From the NCBI GenBank assembly GCA_029977615.1, contig JAPOKO010000004.1:20207-84206 (forward strand): DNA of 64,000 bases. The letters run 5' to 3'. The position numbers were made by a program, and so were the translations under genes. The notes beneath the pieces are model-generated. The model worked only from the letters and a program-made list of their open reading frames with translations. It was not told where the DNA came from and searched no databases. Below, piece after piece: positions 17,052 through 27,286 of this stretch (positions are counted from its first letter, which is position 1; each line of letters begins with the position of its first letter). The stretch comes from a bacterium. GTDB taxonomy: Bacteria; Actinomycetota; Acidimicrobiia; Acidimicrobiales; Ilumatobacteraceae.

Positions 17052-17837
17052 GTGAGCGCAACCGAAAGCGCTTCTCAAATGAATGGCTCGTTCCTTTCGG
17101 GCGGGTTAAACCTTGCGCGGTATTTGGTCCAACCAACGGGGAAAACCGGTGCGCTACCAGCCATGGTGTTGTGCCACGGATATCCAAGTGGCGGTATCGA
17201 CGCGCGACATTCTGCTGGAACTTTTTCCGAACTGTGTGATCGCGTTGCCAATGAGCTTGGTTGGACAGCAATGACATTTACCTTTCGAGGTTGTGCAACC
17301 AGCGAAGGCGATTTTTCAATGCAAGGTTGGATTGACGACTTGCGCGCTGCAATTACACACGTGGTTGCAGAATCTTCGCCTAGCGGTATTTGGCTTGTGG
17401 GAAACAACACGGGGGGTTCGCTCGCTTTGTGCGTTGCTGCAGATGACCCGCGAGTCAACGGATGTGCATTGCTTGGCGCACGCGCAGACTTTGATGACTG
17501 GGCAGAACAACCGCGACGCTTTCTTGAACACTCTCGCGAAATTGGCGCCATTCGCCGTCCGAATTTTCCACCTTCAGTTGAAGAGTGGGGTCGCGAGCTT
17601 CGTCGCTTTCGTCCAACCGATGCGGCACGTCGATTTGCTCCGCGGCCATTATTCCTAATGCATGGTCAAGATGATGACATCGTGCCAACCGCAGATTCGC
17701 GAGTGTTGGCGCAGGCTCATGGCGCTGCCGAACTTCAGATCATTCAAGGGGCCGGACATCGACTGCGTCATGATCCACGTGCGATGGCAATATTGCTTGG
17801 CTGGCTTGATCGTCAGCGCACACTCGCTGCAATGTAG
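17052..17837 (+). CDS. Alpha/beta-fold hydrolase
   Basis: 261 aa, GTG start. Has the LCHGYP oxyanion region, a nucleophile-elbow-like GNNTGGSLA, and the C-terminal LFLMHGQDDDIVP ... GAGHRL acid/His region. Confidence 0.8.
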   Translation: MSATESASQMNGSFLSGGLNLARYLVQPTGKTGALPAMVLCHGYPSGGIDARHSAGTFSELCDRVANELGWTAMTFTFRGCATSEGDFSMQGWIDDLRAAITHVVAESSPSGIWLVGNNTGGSLALCVAADDPRVNGCALLGARADFDDWAEQPRRFLEHSREIGAIRRPNFPPSVEEWGRELRRFRPTDAARRFAPRPLFLMHGQDDDIVPTADSRVLAQAHGAAELQIIQGAGHRLRHDPRAMAILLGWLDRQRTLAAM

Positions 17838-18809
17838 TTAGTTGTTCTCGGCCTTACTGTGCCAGTTCCACGCGCTTGAAATAATGTCACGCAAATCGTG
17901 CGTTGCTTTCCAGCCGAGCAATGCTCGAACCAGCGTTGGGTCTGCAAACACAGCAGTGGGGTCGCCGGGTCGCCGCTGAGTGATGACGTGAGGAACCTTT
18001 CGGCCACTCACTTGTTCTGCGATATCAAGAACCTCAAGTACCGATGTTCCTCTGCCGGTACCAACGTTGCACGCGAGGCTCTTTCCACCGGTAGCCAAAT
18101 AATCGAGCGCCTTGATGTGTGCGTCGGCAAGATCTTCGACATGGATGTAGTCGCGAATGCATGTTCCGTCGGGCGTCGGGTAGTCGTTGCCGAAAACATT
18201 GAGTGGACCGCTAAAGCCAAGAATCGCTTTCATCACCAATGGCACCAAGTTTTGTGACATGGACCAGTCTTCGCCAATAGTTGAATCTGAACTTGCACCA
18301 GCAGCATTGAAATAGCGCAGGCTTACCGTGCGCATTCCAATGGCCTCACAGCTCGACAAGAAACGCTCCATCACCGCCTTGGTTTCTGCGTACACGCTTT
18401 CCGGCTGCATGGGGCAGTCTTCGGTAACGGGAACAGAGCTTGGGTTTCCGTAAACAGCTGCTGATGACGAAAACACCAAACGTTCAACTCCGTTGGCAAG
18501 CAAAGCACGCACAAGGTTGATGGTTCCAGCGACATTGTTGTTGTAGTAGCGAAGCGGTTGCTCCATTGATTCGCCAACAGCTTTGTATGCCGCAAAATGA
18601 ATGACTTCGTCAATGTTGTGCTTTTTACAGATCTTTTCGATCAGTTTTTCATCTGAGATATTTCCCTCAAAGAATGGGACAGAGCCGATTCGGCTTTTTG
18701 TTCCCAATTCAAGAGAATCAAGCACCACGACGTCACGCTGCCGTTGTGTCAACAGGCGCACCGTGTGTGAACCGATATATCCGGCACCACCGGTGACAAG
18801 AACAGCCAT
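17838..18809 (-). CDS. galE: UDP-glucose 4-epimerase
   Basis: 323 aa. VLVTGGAGYIGSH and YAETK (YxxxK); GalE-like throughout. Confidence 0.92.
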   Translation of the reverse strand: MAVLVTGGAGYIGSHTVRLLTQRQRDVVVLDSLELGTKSRIGSVPFFEGNISDEKLIEKICKKHNIDEVIHFAAYKAVGESMEQPLRYYNNNVAGTINLVRALLANGVERLVFSSSAAVYGNPSSVPVTEDCPMQPESVYAETKAVMERFLSSCEAIGMRTVSLRYFNAAGASSDSTIGEDWSMSQNLVPLVMKAILGFSGPLNVFGNDYPTPDGTCIRDYIHVEDLADAHIKALDYLATGGKSLACNVGTGRGTSVLEVLDIAEQVSGRKVPHVITQRRPGDPTAVFADPTLVRALLGWKATHDLRDIISSAWNWHSKAENN

Positions 18810-18833
18810 GCAGTAACCCTAACGACTAATTGG

Positions 18834-19439
18834 CTATCGCTTAGGACGATCTTTTTTATCGAGGTCGTTTGCGCGCTGCATTTGTTTGTAAGCACGCACT
18901 TTCAGCAAGGTTGCAGCTGAATAGATGTCGGCAACAGAGCGTGGCTGATTGTCGCTGAACTCTCCGGCTTTGATCTTCCAGCCCTTTGGTCGGATTCCGA
19001 ATCGCTTGCCGAGCAATGCAATAAAAATCTCAGTTTTTTCTTCGCCGTAACCAGGAAGTTTTCGCAGTCGCTTGCGCAGCTCTTCTGCGTCTTCGACATC
19101 GTTCCAAATGTTTTCAGCCTTGCCTTTGTATTCAGAAGCAATGATGGTGCACATGTCGTAGATACGTTTTGCCATGCTGGCGGGAAATCGGTGAATGGCT
19201 GGTTTCGTGCAGCACATGGCGACGAATTCATCCGCGTCCATTGCGGCGATCTTTTTTGCATCGCAATGCCCGATGCGTTGTTTTATGGTGTACCCGCCTG
19301 TGAAAGCCCACTCCATTGGGACTTGCTGATCAAGCAACATTCCGATCATCAGTGCAAGGCCGTTGGTGTGCAGCAACTTGTCGGCATCGGGTTTGCCAGT
19401 GATGTACAGCGGTTTCGGGGTTGCGCTTACAGTAGCCAT
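18834..19439 (-). CDS. HhH-GPD-type base-excision DNA repair family protein (TIGR03252-like)
   Basis: 201 aa. LALMIGMLLDQQVPMEWAF and KLPGYGEEKTEIFIALLGKRFG match the uncharacterised HhH-GPD family as I remember it. Confidence 0.75.
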   Translation of the reverse strand: MATVSATPKPLYITGKPDADKLLHTNGLALMIGMLLDQQVPMEWAFTGGYTIKQRIGHCDAKKIAAMDADEFVAMCCTKPAIHRFPASMAKRIYDMCTIIASEYKGKAENIWNDVEDAEELRKRLRKLPGYGEEKTEIFIALLGKRFGIRPKGWKIKAGEFSDNQPRSVADIYSAATLLKVRAYKQMQRANDLDKKDRPKR

Positions 19440-19454
19440 GGCTACCAGTATCGC

Positions 19455-22166
19455 CTATGCGTACAGTGCGCCGAGAGTTTCGGTCTGAATTCCATAACGT
19501 TTAATTGCGTCAGCCACAACTGAATTGCTGATTTGGCCAGATAGAGCCAATTCATGAAGCACGGTCACAACAACGTGTGGCATGTCCACTTCGAAGTGAT
19601 CTCGCAAAGCTTCACGAGTGTCGCTGCGACCCATTCCGTCGGTGCCAAGCGGTGTAAAGGTACGGGCACCCACATATCGCCCAATCTGTTCAGGTACAGC
19701 ACGGACAAAATCGGTGACCGCAATGATTGGGCCGCTTGATTGGCTAAGCAATTGCGTAACCCGAGGAACGCGGGGGGATTCGGTTGGGTGCAGTCTGTTC
19801 CAACGTTCGGTGGCCACTGCTTCTTCGCGCAATGTTTTGTATGACGTGGCCGACCATAATTCGGCGCTTACATCAAAGTGAGCGCGAAGTTCTTCGGCGG
19901 CTGCACGTGCAGCTGCATGTGCAGAACCTGAAAACAGAATGGTTGCCTTGTGCTTAGCGGGCTTGGCCTCGCTCCACTTATAGAGACCATTCACGATGTC
20001 TTGCTCGATGGTTGGACTCGAAGGACGAGCAGGCATTGGATAGTTCTCGTTGTACAACGTGAGGTAATAGAAAACGTCTTCTGGCTGATCGCCGTACATG
20101 CGCTCAATGCCGTATTTGATAATTGTTGCAACCTCGTAAGCAAACGATGGGTCGTACACCTGACAGAACGGAATAGTTCCCGCGAGCACCAGGCTGTGTC
20201 CGTCTTGGTGCTGCAGGCCTTCGCCAAGCAACGTGGTGCGTCCAGCTGTCGCTCCCATAAGGAATCCGCGAGCGCGCGAGTCGGCTGCTTGCCAAATGAG
20301 ATCACCAACGCGTTGAAAACCGAACATGGAGTAGAAGGTGTAGAACGGCACCATTGGTACACCATGCACTGCATAGCTTGTTCCGGCAGCAATGAAACTG
20401 GCCATGCTGCCAGCCTCGGTAATTCCTTCTTCAAGAATTTGTCCAGACGACGATTCGGTGTAGCTCAGCAATAGCTTGTGGTCGACAGGTTCGTATTTTT
20501 GACCTTGTGATGCATAGATCTTGAGTTCAGGGAACAATGCATCCATGCCGAAGGTGCGACCTTCGTCGGGGATGATAGGAACAACTCGCGAACCAAAAGA
20601 TTTGTCGCGTGCAAGATTTCGCAACAATCGAGTGAATCCCATGGTGGTGCTCACCGCTTGTTCGCCACTGCCGTTATCGAATTCGGCAAAAGCCTGAGGG
20701 TCGGGAAGTGTGATTGGCTTGCGCACTGCAGTTGATCGTCGAGGGACAGATCCGCCCAATGTGCGGCGGCGCTCCATCATGTATTGATATTCGACACTGT
20801 CGTGTGGCGGGCGATAGTACGGAGGTTCATCGGCAAGCAATGCGCTGTCGGGAATCTCTTCTTCAAGGTGCAATGTGTCGCGCAGTGTCCTGAGTTGCTC
20901 ATCGGTCATCTTTTTGATTTGGTGAGTTGCATTGCGACCTTCAATGTCGTGACCAAGTGTCCAACCTTTAACGGTTTTACACAAAATTGCAGTCGGACGA
21001 CCAGAGCCAAGATTTTCGGTTGCTGCTTTAAAAGCTGCGTATAACTTGCGGTAGTCGTGACCACCGCGAGGCAATGTGCGCAACTGCTCATCGGAAAGGT
21101 GTGACACCATTTCGCGCAAGCGGGGGTCTGGCCCGAAGAAGTTTTCGCGAATGTAATTGCCGTCTTCCACGATGTAGCGCTGAAATTCGCCGTCGACCGT
21201 TGAGTTCATCTTGTTCAACAACACGCTGTCATGGTCGTTAGCAAGAAGTTCGTCCCACCTGGAGCCCCACACCACTTTGATGACGTTCCATCCGGCGCCG
21301 CGGAACGTTGCTTCAAGTTCTTGGATGATTTTGCCGTTACCACGCACAGGGCCATCAAGTCGCTGCAAGTTGCAGTTCACAACAAAAGTGAGGTTGTCTA
21401 AGTGTTCTCGAGCAGCAAGCGAAATAGACCCAAGCGTCTCTGGTTCATCGCATTCGCCATCGCCAAGGAATGCCCACACGCGACTTTGCGAAGTGTCCTC
21501 AATCTGACGGTTCTGTAGGTAGCGATTGAAACGCGCCTGATACAGCGCTGTTATTGGTCCGAGTCCCATGGACACAGTTGGGAATTCCCAAAACTCGGGC
21601 ATAAGCCGTGGGTGTGGATAGCTAGAAAGCCCTTTTCCTTCTCTGCCAATTTCACGGCGGAAATGATCGAGATCGTTTTCGTCAAGACGGCCCTCAAGAA
21701 ATGCACGAGCGTAAATACCTGGAGCAGCGTGTCCTTGGAAATAAATGTGGTCGCCAGCAGTGCCGTGGTCTTTGCCACGGAAGAAGTGATTGAATCCAAC
21801 TTCATATAACGAAGCCGACGATGCGTAACTGGAAAGGTGACCACCAATTCCTTCTGCGTTTGAGTTTGCGCGCACCACCATGACCGCGGCGTTCCAGCGG
21901 ATATACGCGCGAATGCGACGTTCAATGTGTTCGTCTCCAGGAAACCAAGGCTCGTGTTCGCGAGCGATGCTATTCACGTATGGCGTAGAGACTGTTGCAG
22001 GAAAACTGACCTGAGCTTCGTTGGCGCGTTCAAGCAAACGCGATAGCAAATACCGAGCACGATTCTTGCCGTGCGTTTCCACAACCGCATCGAGGGAATC
22101 GAGCCATTCCGCGGTCTCGGTGGGATCAGCATCAGGTAACTGGTGAACGGAACCATCAAAGATCAT
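19455..22166 (-). CDS. aceE: Pyruvate dehydrogenase E1 component, homodimeric type
   Basis: 903 aa. N-terminus DADPTETAEWLDSLD, the ThDP-binding region GDGECDEPE...NLTFVVNCNLQRLDG, and AceE length. Confidence 0.95.
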   Translation of the reverse strand: MIFDGSVHQLPDADPTETAEWLDSLDAVVETHGKNRARYLLSRLLERANEAQVSFPATVSTPYVNSIAREHEPWFPGDEHIERRIRAYIRWNAAVMVVRANSNAEGIGGHLSSYASSASLYEVGFNHFFRGKDHGTAGDHIYFQGHAAPGIYARAFLEGRLDENDLDHFRREIGREGKGLSSYPHPRLMPEFWEFPTVSMGLGPITALYQARFNRYLQNRQIEDTSQSRVWAFLGDGECDEPETLGSISLAAREHLDNLTFVVNCNLQRLDGPVRGNGKIIQELEATFRGAGWNVIKVVWGSRWDELLANDHDSVLLNKMNSTVDGEFQRYIVEDGNYIRENFFGPDPRLREMVSHLSDEQLRTLPRGGHDYRKLYAAFKAATENLGSGRPTAILCKTVKGWTLGHDIEGRNATHQIKKMTDEQLRTLRDTLHLEEEIPDSALLADEPPYYRPPHDSVEYQYMMERRRTLGGSVPRRSTAVRKPITLPDPQAFAEFDNGSGEQAVSTTMGFTRLLRNLARDKSFGSRVVPIIPDEGRTFGMDALFPELKIYASQGQKYEPVDHKLLLSYTESSSGQILEEGITEAGSMASFIAAGTSYAVHGVPMVPFYTFYSMFGFQRVGDLIWQAADSRARGFLMGATAGRTTLLGEGLQHQDGHSLVLAGTIPFCQVYDPSFAYEVATIIKYGIERMYGDQPEDVFYYLTLYNENYPMPARPSSPTIEQDIVNGLYKWSEAKPAKHKATILFSGSAHAAARAAAEELRAHFDVSAELWSATSYKTLREEAVATERWNRLHPTESPRVPRVTQLLSQSSGPIIAVTDFVRAVPEQIGRYVGARTFTPLGTDGMGRSDTREALRDHFEVDMPHVVVTVLHELALSGQISNSVVADAIKRYGIQTETLGALYA

Positions 22167-22234
22167 GTAGACATTCTCGCAGACTTACCAGTGGGTACCT
22201 GATCGGGGTGCTCGCATCAGTAAGTATCTACCTG

Positions 22235-22675
22235 ATGATTGTGATCTATACGGACGGTGCGTGCTCGGGAAACCCAGGTCCAGGTGGCTGGGCTTGGGCG
22301 ACAGCACCCAGTGGCGAGCCAAGCGACACAGGTGGTGAAGCGCACACCACAAATCAGCGCATGGAAATCATGGCTGCGATGGAGGCATTACGTGCTCACG
22401 TGGATCATGAAGGCCCAATTGAAATTCGTTCCGATTCAACGTACGTCGTTCACTGTTTCCGCGACTCATGGCATGTTGGTTGGAAAAAACGTGGCTGGAA
22501 AAATTCGCAACGCCAGCCGGTTGCAAACAGGGATTTGTGGGAGCCATTTATTGAGATGGTTCTCGCTCGAGGTGATGTCACCTTTACATGGGTAAAAGCG
22601 CACAACGGAGACCATATGAATGAACTCGTTGATGCGCTCGCTGTAGCGGCATCCACTGGATACAAGACGAAATAG
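22235..22675 (+). CDS. rnhA: Ribonuclease HI
   Basis: An ATG at 22235 gives MIVIYTDGACSGNPGPGGWAW. It also has TNQRMEI, RSDSTYV and WVKAHNGDHMNELVDALA (the DEDD catalytic set). Confidence 0.9.
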   Translation: MIVIYTDGACSGNPGPGGWAWATAPSGEPSDTGGEAHTTNQRMEIMAAMEALRAHVDHEGPIEIRSDSTYVVHCFRDSWHVGWKKRGWKNSQRQPVANRDLWEPFIEMVLARGDVTFTWVKAHNGDHMNELVDALAVAASTGYKTK

Positions 22676-22726
22676 CGAGGATTGCTCGGTTTCGCCACGA
22701 CCGACATGGTTGCGTAGTCTTGTCCC

Positions 22727-23503
22727 ATGGATCTCAACGGAACAAGCGCAATCGTTACTGGCGGAGCATCGGGAATTGGTGAGGCATGCGTTCGCTTGCT
22801 GGCCAAGCGTGGTGCGAAAGTGGTCATCGCCGACATTCAAGAAGAAAAAGGCAATGCATTAGCCAAGGAAGTTGGCGGCGCATATTGCAAGGTTGATGTC
22901 ACTAATACTCAAGACATCATCAACGCCACTGAGATGGCGAAGTCGATGGGCCCAATTCGCGCATTGGTCAACTCGGCTGGAATTGGCTGGGCACAGCGCA
23001 CAGTGGGCAAAGATGGCTCATACGAGTCGGCGGCCAACTTGGATGCATTTAAGAAAGTCGTAGCCATTAACTTGGTCGGCACCTTTGATTGCATTCGTAT
23101 TGTTGGAACTGCAATGAGCACTAACGAGCCACTTGCAAATGGTGAACGTGGTGCAATTTGCAACATGGCTTCGGTTGCAGCATTTGATGGCCAGATTGGT
23201 CAAGCTTCATATTCAGCCTCGAAGGGTGGAGTTGTGGGCATGACCTTGCCAATTGCTCGTGATCTTGCAGCAATTGGAATTCGCGTGAACACCGTTGCTC
23301 CAGGATTGATCGATACACCGATTTATGGTGAAGGCGAAAATAGCGAACTGTTCAAGCAGAACTTGCAAAAGGGAGTGCTCTTCCCGCAACGCCTTGGTTA
23401 TCCAGAAGAGCTTGCATCGATGGTTGTTGAAACCATCACGAACAGTTACATGAATGCCGAGACGATTCGCGTCGACGGCGGCATTCGCATGCCGCCTAAG
23501 TGA
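22727..23503 (+). CDS. SDR-family 3-hydroxyacyl-CoA dehydrogenase (HSD17B10 / type-2-like)
   Basis: 258 aa. TGGASGIG, NSAGI and YSASKGGVVGMT (YxxxK), with an HSD10-like C-terminus ETIRVDGGIRMPPK. Confidence 0.88.
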   Translation: MDLNGTSAIVTGGASGIGEACVRLLAKRGAKVVIADIQEEKGNALAKEVGGAYCKVDVTNTQDIINATEMAKSMGPIRALVNSAGIGWAQRTVGKDGSYESAANLDAFKKVVAINLVGTFDCIRIVGTAMSTNEPLANGERGAICNMASVAAFDGQIGQASYSASKGGVVGMTLPIARDLAAIGIRVNTVAPGLIDTPIYGEGENSELFKQNLQKGVLFPQRLGYPEELASMVVETITNSYMNAETIRVDGGIRMPPK

Positions 23504-23522
23504 TGTAGCGAGCAGCGTGGCA

Positions 23523-24428
23523 ATGAACCACGTCCTGCATCAACATCCATTTACGCCATGTGATCAGTTGCCAAACGCTGACGTATCTACGTTTCGTGCT
23601 TTAGCAATCCCTGAAGAGATATTGCCAATTGAAGTGGGGGATCAGTTTCGTCATCGCATGGGAACGAAGCCGTTGGAAGTCGCTCAATGGCTTCCAAGTG
23701 ATGACGAAACAGCGCCGACCATTGCAATGAAGCGCGAACTGTTGCGTAATCGACGTGAAGAAGTGGTTGGTTTGCTTGAGGGTGGAGACGACGCAGCAGA
23801 AGAGGCCGCAACGCTCATCGCTGAGTTCTGTGGATTGCCATTGCACGCAAGGGGAATTGATGCTTTGGCCGAGGCCTCGTTACTTGTTGCCGACGACATC
23901 GTGGTGATGCAACCAAAGTGTATTGATGGCGGCGAACAGCAATTAGTTGTTGTTGCTGGTGTGGTGTGCTCTCCAAGTCGTTGGAGTATTCAAACAAAAC
24001 TGGGGAGCAGCATGATGGCAGTTCACGCGCCAGTTCCGCAATACTCAGAGCACGTTGGAAAGGCCGTTGACACGACGCTGCCAAGGTTGCGCGTTGACCA
24101 ACCAATGGTTCGATCAAATTGGACCATAGAAGATCATTGTGCTTTGTTTCAGCCGGTTGCGCCCGGCAAACCATTGGTGCAAGACCCAACGCAATTGTGG
24201 ATTCGAATGGAGCGACAAACGCTTCGCGCACTGCCGCAAACAGGCGGTTCAATGTTCACCATTCGTACCTATCAGCAACCTATTACGGAATATGTAACAC
24301 GGGGAAAAGATGTTGCAACAACGCTTTTTTCGTTGGTGAAGCGATTGCCCGATGATGTTGCGAAATACAAATCTCTGTTGCATTACCGCGAGGCATTGCT
24401 CGCGTGGCTTGAGCCATTTACGAAATAA
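23523..24428 (+). CDS. DUF3445 / heme-dependent oxidative N-demethylase-like family protein
   Basis: The ATG at 23523 (MNHVLHQHPF) is preferred. CSPSRWSI..KLG, HAPVP, R.NWTI and ERQTLRALPQTGGSMFTIRTY resemble DUF3445 as I remember it. Confidence 0.65.
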   Translation: MNHVLHQHPFTPCDQLPNADVSTFRALAIPEEILPIEVGDQFRHRMGTKPLEVAQWLPSDDETAPTIAMKRELLRNRREEVVGLLEGGDDAAEEAATLIAEFCGLPLHARGIDALAEASLLVADDIVVMQPKCIDGGEQQLVVVAGVVCSPSRWSIQTKLGSSMMAVHAPVPQYSEHVGKAVDTTLPRLRVDQPMVRSNWTIEDHCALFQPVAPGKPLVQDPTQLWIRMERQTLRALPQTGGSMFTIRTYQQPITEYVTRGKDVATTLFSLVKRLPDDVAKYKSLLHYREALLAWLEPFTK

Positions 24429-25589
24429 TCAGGTGGTGTAATCGGCGTTGATGCGCACGTAGCCATCGGTGAGGTCGCAGCCCCACACAGTTGCTTCAGA
24501 TGATCCGGTATTCAAACTCACATGAATTCGAACATCGGCACCTTTCATATATGCGCTGAGTTCGTTTAGACCCTTATCGTTTACTTGTGTTGGGAACACC
24601 TCTTGGTTGCCAAAGCGAATGATCACTTGTTCCTGGTTGACATCGGTGTAGTGACTGCACTTGCCAATGGCCATTGCTACGCGGCCCCAGTTTGGGTCGG
24701 CACCATGCACAGCAGTTTTTACAAGAGGAGAGTTGACGATGGCCTTGGCAATAGTTTTTGCTTGCTCGTAGTCGCGGGCATTATCAACGTGGACTTCAAT
24801 CAGTTTCTCCGCGCCTTCGCCGTCGCGAGCGACTTGCTTGGTAAGCGACAGCGCAACTTCGTAGAGCGCGGTTTCAAATGCTGAAACATCAACGCTTCCT
24901 GCAGCACCACTTGCCAGCACAATGGCCGTGTCGCTTGTTGAGGTGTCGGTGTCTACCGAAACGCAATTGAAAGTTTTTGCAATAACGCGTTGAAAAACGC
25001 TATTCAATTCACTCGGTGCAACATCGGCATCGGTAAACATCAGGGTGATGAGTGTCGCCATATTTGGCTCGATCATTCCTACGCCTTTTGCAACACCAAC
25101 TACGCGTGCGCTTGACCCAGCCACAACGCATTCTGCAACCTTGCTTACTGTGTCGGTGGTCATGATTCCGCGGGCAACGTCGTCAGCTGAAATACTCACT
25201 GGCTGCGCAGGAAGTGCGGCAAGTCCTGCACGAACTTTGTCCATTGGATACTGACGGCCAATGACACCGGTAGAGGCAATCAATACATCGTGTGAATCAC
25301 AGCCCAATGCTGAAGAAACACCCGCGACTACTTCACGTGCATTACTCATGCCCGCTTCGCCTGTAGCGACGTTGGCGTTCTTTGAAATGACGACCACTGC
25401 TTTGGCTTTGTGGTTTGCAATATGTTCGCGGCTCACGACAACGCTGGGCCCGGCAAAGCGACTTTGCGTAAACATGCCAGCTGCAGAACACACCGTGTCG
25501 GCAACTACAAGCGTGAAATCGTCTGTGGAGTCTTTAATACCCACGTTTGTTACGTGAGCGCGAAATCCTTGTGGAAGCGAAACGGCCAT
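24429..25589 (-). CDS. argJ: ArgJ-family ornithine acetyltransferase (bifunctional glutamate N-acetyltransferase/amino-acid acetyltransferase fold)
   Basis: 386 aa. GFRAHVTNVGIK, TTDT, the self-cleavage/nucleophile region KGVGMIEPNMATLITLMFTDA, DGEGAEKL and GADPNWGR. Confidence 0.88.
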   Translation of the reverse strand: MAVSLPQGFRAHVTNVGIKDSTDDFTLVVADTVCSAAGMFTQSRFAGPSVVVSREHIANHKAKAVVVISKNANVATGEAGMSNAREVVAGVSSALGCDSHDVLIASTGVIGRQYPMDKVRAGLAALPAQPVSISADDVARGIMTTDTVSKVAECVVAGSSARVVGVAKGVGMIEPNMATLITLMFTDADVAPSELNSVFQRVIAKTFNCVSVDTDTSTSDTAIVLASGAAGSVDVSAFETALYEVALSLTKQVARDGEGAEKLIEVHVDNARDYEQAKTIAKAIVNSPLVKTAVHGADPNWGRVAMAIGKCSHYTDVNQEQVIIRFGNQEVFPTQVNDKGLNELSAYMKGADVRIHVSLNTGSSEATVWGCDLTDGYVRINADYTT

Positions 25590-25591
25590 GG

Positions 25592-26038
25592 CTATGCGGC
25601 GAAGTGCTTTTCTATGTTTTCAAGAGTTTTTGTCATGGCGTTCTCGTTGCTCTTCATTGAGCCCCGTAGTTTGAGAATGAAAATTGATTTACTTCCGTTG
25701 TAATCAAACTGCTCAGTGACTTTTGTGCCACCATCAACAGGTTCAAGGATGTAACGCCAGATATGACCACCAAAATGCTGCCAAGCAATGCGGCGATTTT
25801 CTTCAAATTCAACAACGGTGTTGGTCATTTTGTAGGGAACACCGATCTTCATATTCATTGCAAACTTTGCACCCAGGGATAAGCGTGGTGGAGCAGAAAC
25901 CTGTGCGGCTTTGACACTGCCAGAGCCGTCAATCTTTGAGTGTTGGCGCGGGTCGGCAAGAATTTCGAAAATCAAACCAGGAGCTGCAGGAATAATGCGC
26001 TCAACAGAGACGATTTTGCTTTTTGTGTCGTGAGTCAT
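25592..26038 (-). CDS. SRPBCC-superfamily (START/polyketide-cyclase-like) protein
   Basis: 148 aa. Size and pattern (ERIIPAAPGLIFEILADP..H, TEQFDY) fit SRPBCC. Confidence 0.7.
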   Translation of the reverse strand: MTHDTKSKIVSVERIIPAAPGLIFEILADPRQHSKIDGSGSVKAAQVSAPPRLSLGAKFAMNMKIGVPYKMTNTVVEFEENRRIAWQHFGGHIWRYILEPVDGGTKVTEQFDYNGSKSIFILKLRGSMKSNENAMTKTLENIEKHFAA

Positions 26039-26047
26039 GCCTTAAGG

Positions 26048-27286
26048 CTAGGCGAGAGACCGAACAACAGCTTCACCACAGCGTCGCCCAGAAAACATTG
26101 CACCTTGAATTGAGCCAGTATCTCTGTGGTCACCACAAACAAATAGTCCATTGCCAAGATCAACGCGCTGCTTCGGCGAAAACGGTGGTTTCTGAACTGG
26201 TCCGCCGTGATTGATGATGTAGGTGCGCAGATGTTTCCAACCATCTACCTGTGGTCCCCACCATGAACGAAGTTGTTTGCGGCTTATTGCTTCGAGGTCA
26301 CCATCGGTAACTCCAGGAAGTGCCGCAACAATGAGGTGCTTATCTGCAGGCGCATACGACGGTGCAACATTGCTGATTACTGCAACATTGAGGACTGGTC
26401 CGTTGCCCGTGCCATCGAGAACGACGTACTTCTCTTTTGTAGGGGGAGTATCTGCAGAAAAGTAGACACACCCAACTTTCCGCGATTCAACGATTGGAAT
26501 ACCTAGAAGCGAAGAAGCGGTTGGTCCATCAGTGGCAACGACAATTGCGCGTGCTGTAATGCACTCTCCATTTGTAATGGTGACCTTGTTTCCATCAATC
26601 GCGCTCACACGAGTGTTGAGGTGGACGGTTCCTTCGGTAAGCCTGCTTGCCATTTGCAATGGAAGGGCTTGCATTCCACGCGATGGAAGCACGCTTTGAC
26701 CTTCACTCAGCGATCTGAAAATTACGTCAAACATACGTCGCGATGTCGCAAGATGTGGATCTAGTTGTATTCCACCGAAGAGTGGTCTGAAAAATCGATT
26801 GATGATTTTGGTGGAGAAACCAAATGCTCGGAGTGCTACATCTGTAGAAACATCTTGTCCGCCAAGGAGTCCCGCAGGCTTGCGACGCATAACACGCGCG
26901 CGCAACACCACAATTCGCGCCTTGTCGAACACGCTGCCAATTGGGGCTAGGGCCGTTGTGGCAAGAGTTTGCGGTTTGCGAAATGGGTCGGAAACCGCAT
27001 GTCCTTTGCCATTTCGCCATACCAGTGCACCGGGGTCAAATGGTCGAAGATCAAGTGCACGCATGTCGACTTGCGACTGCAGTTCAGGGTACGCAGTGAG
27101 CATTACTTGGAAACCGCGGTCTAATTGAAAACCATCAACGAGGTCAGTGCGAACTCTTCCGCCCACAGCGTCACTTGATTCGAGCACGATGACCGAGAGC
27201 CCATGTCGTTGAATCTCGCGCGCTGCTGAGAGTCCTGCGAGGCCAGCGCCGACGATTACTACGTCACATTGTGATGGAAGGGACAT
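26048..27286 (-). CDS. NAD(P)/FAD-dependent oxidoreductase (amine-oxidase / phytoene-desaturase-like fold)
   Basis: 412 aa. Dinucleotide motif DVVIVGAGLAGLSAA ... LESSDAVGGRV and the C-terminal GDHRDTGSIQGAMFSG. Confidence 0.85.
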   Translation of the reverse strand: MSLPSQCDVVIVGAGLAGLSAAREIQRHGLSVIVLESSDAVGGRVRTDLVDGFQLDRGFQVMLTAYPELQSQVDMRALDLRPFDPGALVWRNGKGHAVSDPFRKPQTLATTALAPIGSVFDKARIVVLRARVMRRKPAGLLGGQDVSTDVALRAFGFSTKIINRFFRPLFGGIQLDPHLATSRRMFDVIFRSLSEGQSVLPSRGMQALPLQMASRLTEGTVHLNTRVSAIDGNKVTITNGECITARAIVVATDGPTASSLLGIPIVESRKVGCVYFSADTPPTKEKYVVLDGTGNGPVLNVAVISNVAPSYAPADKHLIVAALPGVTDGDLEAISRKQLRSWWGPQVDGWKHLRTYIINHGGPVQKPPFSPKQRVDLGNGLFVCGDHRDTGSIQGAMFSGRRCGEAVVRSLA